From Acidobacteriota bacterium (GTDB lineage Bacteria > Acidobacteriota > Thermoanaerobaculia > Multivoradales > J023): a DNA stretch of 64,000 bases. The stretch is from NCBI GenBank assembly GCA_029263355.1, contig JAJCXQ010000686.1, forward strand, positions 177 through 64,176. The letters are read 5' to 3'. Of the stretch, positions 51,401 through 60,079 are shown one piece after another. The notes under the pieces were generated by a model that did not search any database, had not been told where the DNA came from, and worked only from the letters and a program-made list of their open reading frames with translations. The position numbers were made by a program, and so were the translations under genes. Every line of letters begins with the position of its first letter. Position 1 is the stretch's first letter.

Positions 51401-51560
51401 CCGAGCGGCGCGCCGCCCGGGCGTCGCCATCCTCAGCCGCCCAATTTTCGAAGTAAAGGCGCCAGTCGGCATCAACCGACGCTGGGTCCTCGAGATAGTC
51501 CGCATACAGCCCCTCGACAAAAGCGAGGTTGGATCCGGTCAACGAATCGTCGCGTGTCAT
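48258..51560 (-). CDS. sucA: 2-oxoglutarate dehydrogenase E1 component (SucA-type) with an inserted cyclic-nucleotide-binding (CAP-effector) domain
   Basis: N-terminal OGDH motif LAFVEGLYADYLEDPASVDADWRLYFENW; then CNB domain (FKGLPREEI...GEFLCREAEEGDRLFLLIEGEL...GDVVGEMSVLDAQPRSADIVAHGNVTTLSLSRADL); then canonical E1o core (GMAHRGRLNVL, TPP-binding, C-terminal OGDH_C). Confidence 0.88.
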   Translation of the reverse strand: MTRDDSLTGSNLAFVEGLYADYLEDPASVDADWRLYFENWAAEDGDARAARRSVDGPSFKAASIFDPPSDVSAVAPKSMAGGSTARVSTTGVSATVGASATGAASAAEAPVAISREVAERIEFLQKLKLFKGLPREEIAALAVLAVEERFADGEFLCREAEEGDRLFLLIEGELSARRKDEIIITLHPGDVVGEMSVLDAQPRSADIVAHGNVTTLSLSRADLLVQLERRPALNRGFLRMLSLRLRERSSRQDRVNRLIHAYRVRGHLLAKLDPLGRPRGSNPELELEHWGLSEKDLDSLFSSTTIAGTTVLTLRDILALLESAYCRSIGVQFMHIDDVHAKNWLINRLEDSNHHRQLSRDEKLRILTKLTDAELFEQFIHKKFLGAKRFSLEGAETLIPLLDLALEEAGDQGVEEVVLGMAHRGRLNVLVNIMGKSPREIFREFADDHAEEFIGRGDVKYHLGYSSDRATEDGRQMHLSLCFNPSHLEFVNPVLQGRVRAKQQRFGDTEHRRCLGILVHGDAAFAGQGVIQELFNMADLPGYRTGGTLHVIVNNQIGFTTSPEMARSTHYATDVARMVQTPVFHVNGEDPEAVARVVRTAMDFRREFQQDVIIDMYCYRRHGHNEGDEPRFTQPLLYEVIRQRKTVREGYLDYLLELGGIRREEAQKIKEQRSRVLDDELSMAQDPEYKLGGPRSGEGLWHGYRGGADRDSPEVETGVAKEKLAALLRKSTEIPPDFNIHKTLKRIFNNRLKMAAGEQPLDWGATETLTLASLAVEGSPVRFSGQDSGRGTFSHRHALLYDSQSGEVHVPLQHLAAGQAEVHVWDSPLSEVSVVGFEYGFSLDTPEGLNVWEAQFGDFSNCAQVIIDQFITSGEDKWRRLSSLVMLLPHGFEGQGPEHSSARLERFLNLAAEDNIQVVNLTTPAQFFHCLRRQVLRPWRKPLIVMSPKSLLRHPQAVSSMDQLAEGRFQRVIADDQVDPAGVKRVLLTSGKVYYELESARQEGERDDVAIVRLEQYYPLSTDLLEAALSPYADGTPIVWVQEEPRNMGAWSFLLLRLSRQLFGRWPLEAVTRPESASPATGSAAAHKQEQARLIAEALG

Positions 51561-51647
51561 GTCTGCTCCTGAATAGGATCTGCGTCTGAAATCGGCCGAG
51601 CGCCTCGCCGAGGGTCTCTATTCTGTCCGATGTTGCGCGCGGATCGT

Positions 51648-53636
51648 CTATTCTGCCTGATCATCCCCAGTTCGATCCGGCTCATCCGGCAAATCTTCGG
51701 GCTCGACGGCCTTGCCGGATTCGAATCGGGCTCCTCCAAAGGTAACGATGCTCCCCTTGTGAAAAAAATGTTCTCCGGCGTCACGCCAGCGCGGCATCTC
51801 GCCCTTCGCCACATCGATATTGATCCGGTAAAGGTAAATCGAGAACACCCGTGACCATTCGGCCCGTGCCCGCTCCTTACGGACCTGGCTCGGCCGCGAC
51901 GGCGCCAGCGTAATCCGCTGCGACTCGGGGCCGGCGTTGATCTGTACCACCGAATCTTCGATCCGCACCGTCACGTTGTTGTCGGAGACCTCGCTGCGGA
52001 CATCGAGCCACAGCTCCACCACCGGCTCGAGACTCTGCAGCCAAACCTCGTTGCCCTGGCGTCCCGAGATCCACATCTCCTCACCTTCGACCCGGAAATG
52101 ATCTTTGCGGCCACTGAAATAGACTCCTTCGTGCGCTAGCCCCAAATACCCAGGAATCTCAGGTAACGAGTGTTCAAACGGGAACAGCTTGAAAGGAGGA
52201 TTACGGACATGGGCCTGCAGGGTCGGAGATGGCACGACAAGCCCAAAAGGCGATAGCTGCAGTGAGCCGACGAGTAGTCCCCCGATCGCGAAGGTGGGAA
52301 TGACGATCCATGGTGGACGAATGCGCGTCACCAAAAAGAGGAACGCCGGATAAACCATCACAAAGTATCGATTGCCGACGAAGCCGCCACCACCATGCCA
52401 GTTGTGCTGCAAGAACAGCAGCAGGAACATGGCAACGAAGCCCAGCGAGGCAATGACCACCCAACGCACCGGGCCTCCGCGGCCGAAAGCCAGTCCCGGC
52501 GTCGCCAGAAAGAGGATCAACGCCAAAAGCGCGAAGGGCTGATAGACAAACAGTCCGGTATGGCGACCGACGAAGAAGTAGACCAGATCCTCACTCAGCT
52601 CGGCGAACGTGAACTGTGGTACTTGGAAAATCCACCACCAGCCTGCGGTCTCGCGACCGAGCTCCCGCCGCTCACCTTGAACCGGCGGCGGGTCTGGCTC
52701 CATCGGCATCTCATGCGGGCTATCGATGTTGTAGCCCTGGCGATCGATACCTAGATACGCGGTCGGATGGCCGGTGAATATCACCGAGACTCCGGCTAGA
52801 ACCGCCATCGCCACAACTGCGCTGAGCAACCAGATCCCGAGCTCCCGCCAGCGGCGATGGTGCAGCAGGCGAAAACAGACGGGTAACCCGATCGCCGCTA
52901 GCATAGGTTTGTTGTAAACCCCGAGCGCAAGCGTCGAGGCCGACCACACCAATGCCGCATGATTGGACGTCAGTCTGCTCCATAGCCGCCATCGTGTCCC
53001 ACGCGACGCCCCTCGCTCGGATGCGCCTGGGCCACCGGGATCGAAGACATGCAGCCCGAAGAATAGGCATCCCGCAGTGGCAAACATGTTGAGCAACTCG
53101 GGCTGCATCCAGTAGACATAACGGTAGGTGGTGCTCAGCAGGTAAAAACCGACGGCAAAAAGAGCCGCAAGCCAATCTGGGTTGTAGCGCCGGAGATAAA
53201 GGAAACCCATCCAGATCATCGCCACCATCAGCAGCGAGTTGAAAACCACCAGACCGTTCGCTCCCCACAGCGCCGCTAGGGGCGCCGCCAGGAAGGCGAA
53301 AATGTAGGGTTTGCCGAAATAGACGGTCCGCCAGCCATCGTCGGTCGACAGGATAAGGTTCTGTATCGACGTATAGGGAAATTCTTGGTAGAGGCGCGCC
53401 AAGTCCCGCGGCTCACATCGTAAGTCGCCGTCTTTCACCAGGCTCAGCGCCGCCAGGAAGTAGGCGGGCTCGTCCGCCTTGAGGGTGGCGGGCATTCCCG
53501 GCTTGCGGTGGGTCAGCGGCAGGAGAATCAGCACCAAAGAAAGACAGAGTAGGCTGTGCGCCACTGTCCGTTGCAGCGCCCGAGATCCTGGGGCTGGTAA
53601 CGTGCCCACGGCGGGTTGGGTCGCAAAAACGGCCAT
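51648..53636 (-). CDS. GT-C superfamily (ArnT/PMT-like) membrane glycosyltransferase homolog
   Basis: KADEPAYFLAALSLVKDGDLR DE-motif loop; many TM helices; start taken at MAVFATQ (ORF track extends to 53777 via alternative start). Confidence 0.6.
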   Translation of the reverse strand: MAVFATQPAVGTLPAPGSRALQRTVAHSLLCLSLVLILLPLTHRKPGMPATLKADEPAYFLAALSLVKDGDLRCEPRDLARLYQEFPYTSIQNLILSTDDGWRTVYFGKPYIFAFLAAPLAALWGANGLVVFNSLLMVAMIWMGFLYLRRYNPDWLAALFAVGFYLLSTTYRYVYWMQPELLNMFATAGCLFFGLHVFDPGGPGASERGASRGTRWRLWSRLTSNHAALVWSASTLALGVYNKPMLAAIGLPVCFRLLHHRRWRELGIWLLSAVVAMAVLAGVSVIFTGHPTAYLGIDRQGYNIDSPHEMPMEPDPPPVQGERRELGRETAGWWWIFQVPQFTFAELSEDLVYFFVGRHTGLFVYQPFALLALILFLATPGLAFGRGGPVRWVVIASLGFVAMFLLLFLQHNWHGGGGFVGNRYFVMVYPAFLFLVTRIRPPWIVIPTFAIGGLLVGSLQLSPFGLVVPSPTLQAHVRNPPFKLFPFEHSLPEIPGYLGLAHEGVYFSGRKDHFRVEGEEMWISGRQGNEVWLQSLEPVVELWLDVRSEVSDNNVTVRIEDSVVQINAGPESQRITLAPSRPSQVRKERARAEWSRVFSIYLYRINIDVAKGEMPRWRDAGEHFFHKGSIVTFGGARFESGKAVEPEDLPDEPDRTGDDQAE

Positions 53637-53796
53637 AAGACGCGAGCATACGCCGCCCCGACACCCGATGGCTACGGTTTGGTGATATTTGACAGCTTCC
53701 GCGAGCCCACGATAGCTTCCGTACCGAGCCTCGCCGACCTCGACCGGCGGTCGGTTCTGCCGTCCACGGTCCCCCAACCCCTCAGGAGATCATGCC

Positions 53797-54564
53797 ATGA
53801 AAGCGGTCATTCTCGCGGGCGGCCGCGGTACCCGCCTGTCCGAAGAAACGGTCAGCCGCCCCAAGCCCATGGTGGAGATCGGCGGCAAGCCGATTCTGTG
53901 GCACATCATGAAAATCTACTCCGCCCACGGTATCCAAGACTTCGTCATCTGCTGTGGCTACAAGGGGTACATGATCAAGGAGTACTTCGCCAACTACTTC
54001 CTCCACAACTCCGACGTCACCTTCGATCTGGCGAAGAACGATCTCACCATCCACCAGAGCACTTCCGAGCCGTGGCGCGTCACCTTGCTCGACACCGGCG
54101 ACGAAACCGGCACCGGCGGTCGTCTAAAGCTCGCCAGCGACCACCTCGACGACGATTTCTGCTTCACCTACGGCGATGCCGTATCCAACGTCGATATCAC
54201 GGCTCTTATCGCCTTCCACAAGTCGCATGGCAAGTTGGCGACCATGACCACCATCCAGCCGCCGTCCAGATATGGCGTGTTGGCTTTCGATGGCGACCGC
54301 ATCACCGACTTCCAAGAGAAGCCGCCCGGCGAAGGTGGTTGGATCAACGGTGGCTTCTTCGTGTTATCGCCGAAAGTCATCGACACCATCGAGACCCTCG
54401 CCACCCACTGGGAGATCGCACCTTTGCACCGGCTGGTCAACGAGGGCCAGCTTGCCGCCCACTTCCACAAGGGCTTCTGGCAATGTATGGACACCTTACG
54501 CGACAAGAACCATCTCGAAGAACATTGGAGCTCCGAGCAGCCGCCGTGGAAAATCTGGGATTGA
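53797..54564 (+). CDS. rfbF: Glucose-1-phosphate cytidylyltransferase
   Basis: MKAVILAGGRGTRLSEETVSRPKPMVEIGGKPILWHIMKIYSAHGIQDFVICCGYKGYMIKEYFANY near-canonical RfbF/DdhA N-terminus; full-length 255 aa. Confidence 0.92.
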   Translation: MKAVILAGGRGTRLSEETVSRPKPMVEIGGKPILWHIMKIYSAHGIQDFVICCGYKGYMIKEYFANYFLHNSDVTFDLAKNDLTIHQSTSEPWRVTLLDTGDETGTGGRLKLASDHLDDDFCFTYGDAVSNVDITALIAFHKSHGKLATMTTIQPPSRYGVLAFDGDRITDFQEKPPGEGGWINGGFFVLSPKVIDTIETLATHWEIAPLHRLVNEGQLAAHFHKGFWQCMDTLRDKNHLEEHWSSEQPPWKIWD

Positions 54565-54757
54565 GGAGTGCCGCTTAACAGGCCGGGGTCGGACGGCGCC
54601 AGCCGTCTCCATTGGTTTTGGTAGGGTTCGAGATTCGGCGGCGCTCCGTTGAGTACCTCGAGAAAGACCAACAGGTCCCGCGACCACCACGCAAGTCGAA
54701 CCGGCGATCTGGCACGGCGACCCTGAGCAGGATCCACGACGTCTGATCGCCGAAGTA

Positions 54758-55516
54758 TTGGCGCGCCCGGAACTGCAGCGCCAGGAAACCGTCGTCCGCT
54801 GGCGGCTGCGCAAAGATCTGCTTGAGGGGTTCGAGGGCAGGGAAGAGGGTGACTCGTTGCCCAATACCGCTCTGATGTGGCTGGCGCAGGCCATCGCGAT
54901 GCTGGGTGAGCCCCTGCTGTGGCTGGCTGCGGCTGGATTGTTGGTCCTGCTGATCCGCGCAATGTGGCGTCACTTGAGCCTGGACACCGATCCGAAGCCG
55001 CGTCCAGATAGCCCAATCGTGAAACACATCGCGGGCCTCGATTTGCGGCCGGAGACCTTACCCGATGACATCCCAGGGAGCGCAGCCCAGCTGTGGCATG
55101 ATGGCAAACCTGCGGCAGCGTTGAGCCTGCTCTATCGCGGCGCGGTGGCACGGCTCGTGGAAGAAGGATTGGAGCTGCGAGAAAGCTCCACCGAAGACGA
55201 CTGTCTGAGCTCGGCTCGATTACGCGACGAAGACACGGACGAATTACTGCCAACGATCCATGCGTTGCGCCGACGGCATCTGGTGCTGGTCGCCAGCACC
55301 CGTGAATTGGCGTTAGGAACGCTGCGCGATCAAGCGATCACAAGTCACAGCTCGGCGCTCGACGTCAGCGCCACCCATCATTACCTTGCCGCCCGCACCC
55401 ACGCACACGCCGCGGTGCGTGCCGCTGGCGCCATGGTTCTCGACGTCGAGCCGCCGTTGCTGCCGGTGGCTTTGGCAACCCGCTACCTGGACATCAAACG
55501 AGCCGGCCAGCTCTGA
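54758..55516 (+). CDS. Hypothetical protein (possibly DUF4129-like)
   Basis: ORF with TM-like segment LLWLAAAGLLVLLI; weak resemblance only. Confidence 0.35.
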   Translation: MARPELQRQETVVRWRLRKDLLEGFEGREEGDSLPNTALMWLAQAIAMLGEPLLWLAAAGLLVLLIRAMWRHLSLDTDPKPRPDSPIVKHIAGLDLRPETLPDDIPGSAAQLWHDGKPAAALSLLYRGAVARLVEEGLELRESSTEDDCLSSARLRDEDTDELLPTIHALRRRHLVLVASTRELALGTLRDQAITSHSSALDVSATHHYLAARTHAHAAVRAAGAMVLDVEPPLLPVALATRYLDIKRAGQL

Positions 55517-55782
55517 GCAGGTCGGAATTCTTCTTGGAGAAGCATGACTTGACTGATCAATTCGAGCCTATAGCTGTTGCCGAAGCCGTCAACCCCTACG
55601 CCCCGCCACAAGCGGCAATCACTCCCGGCATGACGGACGTGCCGAGCGACGCAGACGATACTACTCGCCAGCTTCGTCGTAGTTGCCGTCTTCATAGCGA
55701 TGCAGTAAATGTCGCGGCCGGGTGGCGGGATCTCACACAAACAGTGCGTGGTATGCTTTAAGGGTCGTTTCTCGAGGCCATC

Positions 55783-56079
55783 ATGCAAGTCCCAGTCATC
55801 ATCCAGGCCGAAGGCGAAGACCTCTACTCAGCTGAGCCGCTCGGCAAATCCGAGCTAAGAGTCGAAGCTGTCTCCGAGGCCGAGGCCCTGCGCAAGCTCA
55901 CCAGCTCTCTAAAAGAGTGGCTGGAGTCAGCCAAGTTGATTCAACTCGACATTTCTATGGACTCGGAAGCGCGGCCCAATCCATGGCTTGATACCTGCGG
56001 TCGATCCGCTGACGATCCAGACTTCGACGATTACGTCGCTGAGATCGAACAAGCTCGGGCTGCGGATGATCTCGGATGA
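55783..56079 (+). CDS. Antitoxin-like protein with HicB/UPF0150-fold N-terminal domain
   Basis: MQVPVIIQAEGEDLYSAEPLGKSELRVEAVSEAEALRKLTSSLKEWLE matches HicB-like pattern (M.YPVVIE.d.dG.Y.A.vPdLPGC...G.T.EEAL.N..EAI..YLE); immediately upstream of PIN gene. Confidence 0.6.
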   Translation: MQVPVIIQAEGEDLYSAEPLGKSELRVEAVSEAEALRKLTSSLKEWLESAKLIQLDISMDSEARPNPWLDTCGRSADDPDFDDYVAEIEQARAADDLG

Positions 56080-56085
56080 TCTCGG

Positions 56086-56529
56086 ATGACTCGCTGGCTG
56101 CTAGATACCGACCACGTCAGCCCACAAGAACGCGGCCATCAACTCCTGAAAGAGCGGCTGGCAGTAACGCCACCGAACAGCATCGCTATCAGCGTCATCA
56201 CGATGGAGGAGATGCTTCGCGGCCGCCTAGCGATTCTAGCTCGGCATCAAAGCGGCGAGCGCCGGGTCAACGCATACCTACGGCTGACCGAGACCGTACG
56301 GTTCTTCAGCTTGGTTCCGGTGATGCCCTTTGACCTGGCAGCCGAGAGCAAGTTCACTGCACTGCGGGCACAACACCTAAAAGTCGGCAGTCAAGATATG
56401 CGAATTTCAGCGATCGCCCAGACTCGGGACTTGATTGTTGTAACCCGCAATCGAAAGACTTTGGGCGAATTCCTGGCCTTCGAATCGAAGACTGGACAAT
56501 TTAGCCACGATACATCGCCCGGTTTGTGA
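56086..56529 (+). CDS. PIN-domain ribonuclease toxin (VapC-like)
   Basis: MTRWLLDTDHVS...ISVITMEEMLRG...DMRISAIAQTRDLIVVTRNRKTLGEF: PIN acidic residues D-E-D-N pattern. Confidence 0.8.
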   Translation: MTRWLLDTDHVSPQERGHQLLKERLAVTPPNSIAISVITMEEMLRGRLAILARHQSGERRVNAYLRLTETVRFFSLVPVMPFDLAAESKFTALRAQHLKVGSQDMRISAIAQTRDLIVVTRNRKTLGEFLAFESKTGQFSHDTSPGL

Positions 56530-56695
56530 TCGGTTTCATCCGTCGCGACGGAGGGCGCTGGGCGAGACAACTCTCTTGAGGGACTTTCGTAACGTCTTAC
56601 GTGAGTCTCTATGGGGGTTGTTCCATTCACAGGGTCGAGTCGGCTTTCCAGGTGACATGCGCCTTGATCAGGCTCGTGAGCAAAGGAGATCATCA

Positions 56696-59600
56696 ATGTC
56701 GAAGACACCACTCTCGATCCAAAGGTTCGGAGTCCTATTCCTAGTGTGGGGCGGGTTGTGCCCCGCGGCGCAGCTTGACGCGCAGAGCTCAGAGTCTTTT
56801 CGTAAGCTCGAGCCAACGGCCACGGTGACGCCTTTCGCTTCGCCACGGTTACGCCTTACACCCATTTTGAAACAACATCGCGCCGACGATTGGGATTCGG
56901 CACTCGAGAATCCTGCTCTGGCACGATTCAAATCCCTCCACGGCTCGGATTGGGAGATCCGTTGGGATCGATCGAGCGATCGACCACATCTCATCCAGGG
57001 GAAAGGCATTCCCTTGATCTTCGCCGACGGCGAAACCTCTGCCCGCCAGCCCGGTCGCGGTTTCGATCCAGCCGAACGTGCGACCCGCCTGGGCGCTATG
57101 AGCCTGCAGGACTTGGAGACTGCGGCGCGACACTTCCTGGGAACCGTCTCCGACCTGCTGCGGGTCGATCCGTCGACCCTGATGCTCGATCATCAACGCA
57201 GCCAGTCGGCGGGCCAGCAGCGCCAACTGTGGCATTTGGAGTTTCTGCAAACCCACTCAGGGCTCCCGGTCGCAGGGGCACGTGTCTTCCTGCGCGTCAG
57301 CCATGGCCGGGTTGTCCAATTCGGGACCGAGAACATCACCGAGGTGAACCTGCCCGTAGAGCCCTGGGTTTCACGCGAGGAGGCCCTACCTCGGGCGCTC
57401 GCAGGGTTGTCTCTTGCCGCTGACGCGCTCTCGATGACTGCGTCGGCCGAGTTGAAGATCTTGCCGGTGATGGACAACGTTTCGCCCTGGACCGGAGATC
57501 GTGAGACGATCAGCCATCTGTTGGTTTGGGAGATGACAGCTTTACGCGATCTCGATGGCGCAACTTTTCGTCTCCGTCTCGACGCCCACAGTGGCGAGCT
57601 GCTGGAGGTCGTTGACCTCCGAGTGTTTGGCGAAGCCTCTGCTCGGATCCATCTCCCAATGGCGCCACAACCGATCCCCGCACCGCTACCACGGTTGTGG
57701 GTCGACCACCTGGGTCCACGCCAAACTGACGAGTACGGATTCTTCGAATATCAGGGAGGCGAGGCATCAGCAGGCCTCAGTGGCGCCTTGATCGAAGTGA
57801 TTGACGCTTGCGGTCCTTCCTACCTCAGTACTTGGGATGGAGACCTCGACTTCGGAGGTACGAACGGAACAGATTGTTCGACGCCGGCAACCGGCGGGGC
57901 AGGAAATACCCAAGCCGCACGAGACGCCTATTACCATCTCACTCACAGCATCCAAGCAGTACTCGACCGCTATTCCGACGATGTCCTGCCGATCACCCTG
58001 GTCGCACGCACCAATCAACCGAACATGAGCTGCGCGGCGTATTGGAGCGAAACTCTGGGAATCTTTGCCTTCGGCCAAGCGAGCGCCGAATGCGCCAACA
58101 TTGGCGAGAACCCCGGCATCTTGACCCACGAAGTTGGCCATGCGGCAGACTCGTTGCTGGGTGGAACCGCCTCGGACGGGGCTTCGGGGGAAGCTCAAGC
58201 CGACATCTTCGCTTTTCTCCAGACCGGCGACACGTGCATTGGACGCGGCTTGAGGCCGGGCACTCCCTGTTACGGCTGTGACGACCTTTGCACCGGCATC
58301 CGAGATCTCGGGCTGTTCGCCGCTGGCGGCGCAGCACCCCTCGCAAGCCCGGCAACCCTAGACGCCGCGGACGGCCTGAGCTGCGACCGCTTCGACTGCC
58401 CGTACCCCGGAGGGAGCTCGTTTCAGGGCCCCCTCGGCTTCCAGGCGCACTGCGAGAGTCAGATCGCCAGCTCAGCGATGCTCGATCTCTATCGTCGATT
58501 GGCCGCGGCACGGGGAGAGGCGGGACGAGAGACCTTCGAAGACCTGTGGTTTGCAAGTCTCCCCGGCCTCGGTGAAGCTTATCGTTTGGTCAGCCCCGAC
58601 CAACTCTGTACGGCGGACGATCAGGCGGTGGACGGCTGCGGCGCGAACAATTGGTATTCCGTGCTGCTAGCGTCGGATGACGACGACGGCAACTTGGCCA
58701 ACGGCACCCCGAACGGCTGTCTGATCTGGCAAGCGTTCAACGACCACGGCATCGCTTGCGGCGCCAGCCCAGCCTGTTTCTGCAAGGGTGGGGGCAGCCT
58801 GGCGGACGCTGGCCCGGACGTCACAATTTGTCGAGGGGAGGAAGCCACCCTGGGTACCTTCAGTAACCAAGCCAGAACGTACTTGTGGCAGCCGGGGGGA
58901 GAACGAACACCCCAAATTATCGTGGCGCCCGACCTGACCACTGAGTACACCCTGACCGCGGTTGATTCCTGCGGCGAAACCCGAGATACCGTGACGGTCA
59001 ACGTGGTGGCCTGCGATGGGTTCGAAGAGGACTTCGAATCAGGAAGTGACGGCTGGACAACGTCAGGACTCTGGCACGCGGTGACCAGCACCTCATGCGC
59101 GTCGCCTCCGGCCGCCGACGGAACCGGGGCGATGTACTACGGTAGCGACGAGACGTGTGGTGTCGAAACCGGCAGTTGGAGCTCCGGCGACATGATCTCC
59201 CCACCGATTGCCATCACGGAAAGCCAGAACACGTTGAGCTTCGATTTTTATCTCGGTCAGGCGCAGCCCTTGCCCTTGGGCCGGGCGGAAGTCGCTACCA
59301 AAACCGAGAGTGGCGACTGGGTGCCGCGCTGGGCAGTCGAAATCAACGACCTCGATATCGATGGCTGGCAGACCAGTCCGCAGATTTCCTTGACCCCAGA
59401 CCATGGATCCACGGTCCAGTTGCGATTCCGCTTCGAAACCTACTCGCGAGATAGAAAATCCGAGCCTTACTCGGGATGGTTGATCGACAATGTCAAGATC
59501 CTCCAGGGTCCCAATCCAGGCAGCGGCGCCGCCCCGACGATAAACCTGGTCGAGGCGCCTACCCAGCCGCTGTCGAAGTGCGAATGTGTACGCTGCCGGT

Positions 59601-59869
59601 TCCGGGCAGAAGACGCGGACGGTCGCGACCTGAGTATGCTGATGACTTGGTCCTCCGACCTCGACGGTGTGGTGGGAACCGGCAGTCCATCGGCCTTGAT
59701 TTTATCCCCCGGCGATCACGTGCTCACTGGCACGGTGGTCGACTACGACGGGCGCTCCAGCTCGCTCTCGGTGCCCATTGCAATTGTTGAAGATTCCGTC
59801 AACTGCGGCCTCGACGACTGGCCACCAGCGGAGCCGCGGCTTCACTGTTCAGACGACGATGACGCTTGA
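56696..59869 (+). CDS. Large secreted HExxH metalloprotease-like protein with C-terminal MAM-like domain
   Basis: AAGGAG RBS before ATG 56696; signal peptide MSKTPLSIQRFGVLFLVWGGLCPAAQ; zincin motif GILTHEVGHAADSL; MAM-like CDGFEEDFESGSDGWTTSGLWHAV...FDFYLG...WLIDNVKI. Confidence 0.7.
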   Translation: MSKTPLSIQRFGVLFLVWGGLCPAAQLDAQSSESFRKLEPTATVTPFASPRLRLTPILKQHRADDWDSALENPALARFKSLHGSDWEIRWDRSSDRPHLIQGKGIPLIFADGETSARQPGRGFDPAERATRLGAMSLQDLETAARHFLGTVSDLLRVDPSTLMLDHQRSQSAGQQRQLWHLEFLQTHSGLPVAGARVFLRVSHGRVVQFGTENITEVNLPVEPWVSREEALPRALAGLSLAADALSMTASAELKILPVMDNVSPWTGDRETISHLLVWEMTALRDLDGATFRLRLDAHSGELLEVVDLRVFGEASARIHLPMAPQPIPAPLPRLWVDHLGPRQTDEYGFFEYQGGEASAGLSGALIEVIDACGPSYLSTWDGDLDFGGTNGTDCSTPATGGAGNTQAARDAYYHLTHSIQAVLDRYSDDVLPITLVARTNQPNMSCAAYWSETLGIFAFGQASAECANIGENPGILTHEVGHAADSLLGGTASDGASGEAQADIFAFLQTGDTCIGRGLRPGTPCYGCDDLCTGIRDLGLFAAGGAAPLASPATLDAADGLSCDRFDCPYPGGSSFQGPLGFQAHCESQIASSAMLDLYRRLAAARGEAGRETFEDLWFASLPGLGEAYRLVSPDQLCTADDQAVDGCGANNWYSVLLASDDDDGNLANGTPNGCLIWQAFNDHGIACGASPACFCKGGGSLADAGPDVTICRGEEATLGTFSNQARTYLWQPGGERTPQIIVAPDLTTEYTLTAVDSCGETRDTVTVNVVACDGFEEDFESGSDGWTTSGLWHAVTSTSCASPPAADGTGAMYYGSDETCGVETGSWSSGDMISPPIAITESQNTLSFDFYLGQAQPLPLGRAEVATKTESGDWVPRWAVEINDLDIDGWQTSPQISLTPDHGSTVQLRFRFETYSRDRKSEPYSGWLIDNVKILQGPNPGSGAAPTINLVEAPTQPLSKCECVRCRFRAEDADGRDLSMLMTWSSDLDGVVGTGSPSALILSPGDHVLTGTVVDYDGRSSSLSVPIAIVEDSVNCGLDDWPPAEPRLHCSDDDDA

Positions 59870-60079
59870 GTCGAGCAGAACTTTATCTCGAGGCACGCGA
59901 CCCAACTTGATCGCATCCAAAAAACGCATTTTCGAGTCCGTGAGGTCGCGCTGATGGAGCGAGCACAGGCGAGTATGTTTGAGCAAGACACCAATAGCTG
60001 GCCTCCAGTGCATTGTAAACAATGAAGTTGGAAGACTCGGCGCTGCCAAGGCGAGTTGCGCAGCGCTGCCCGCAGCCCA

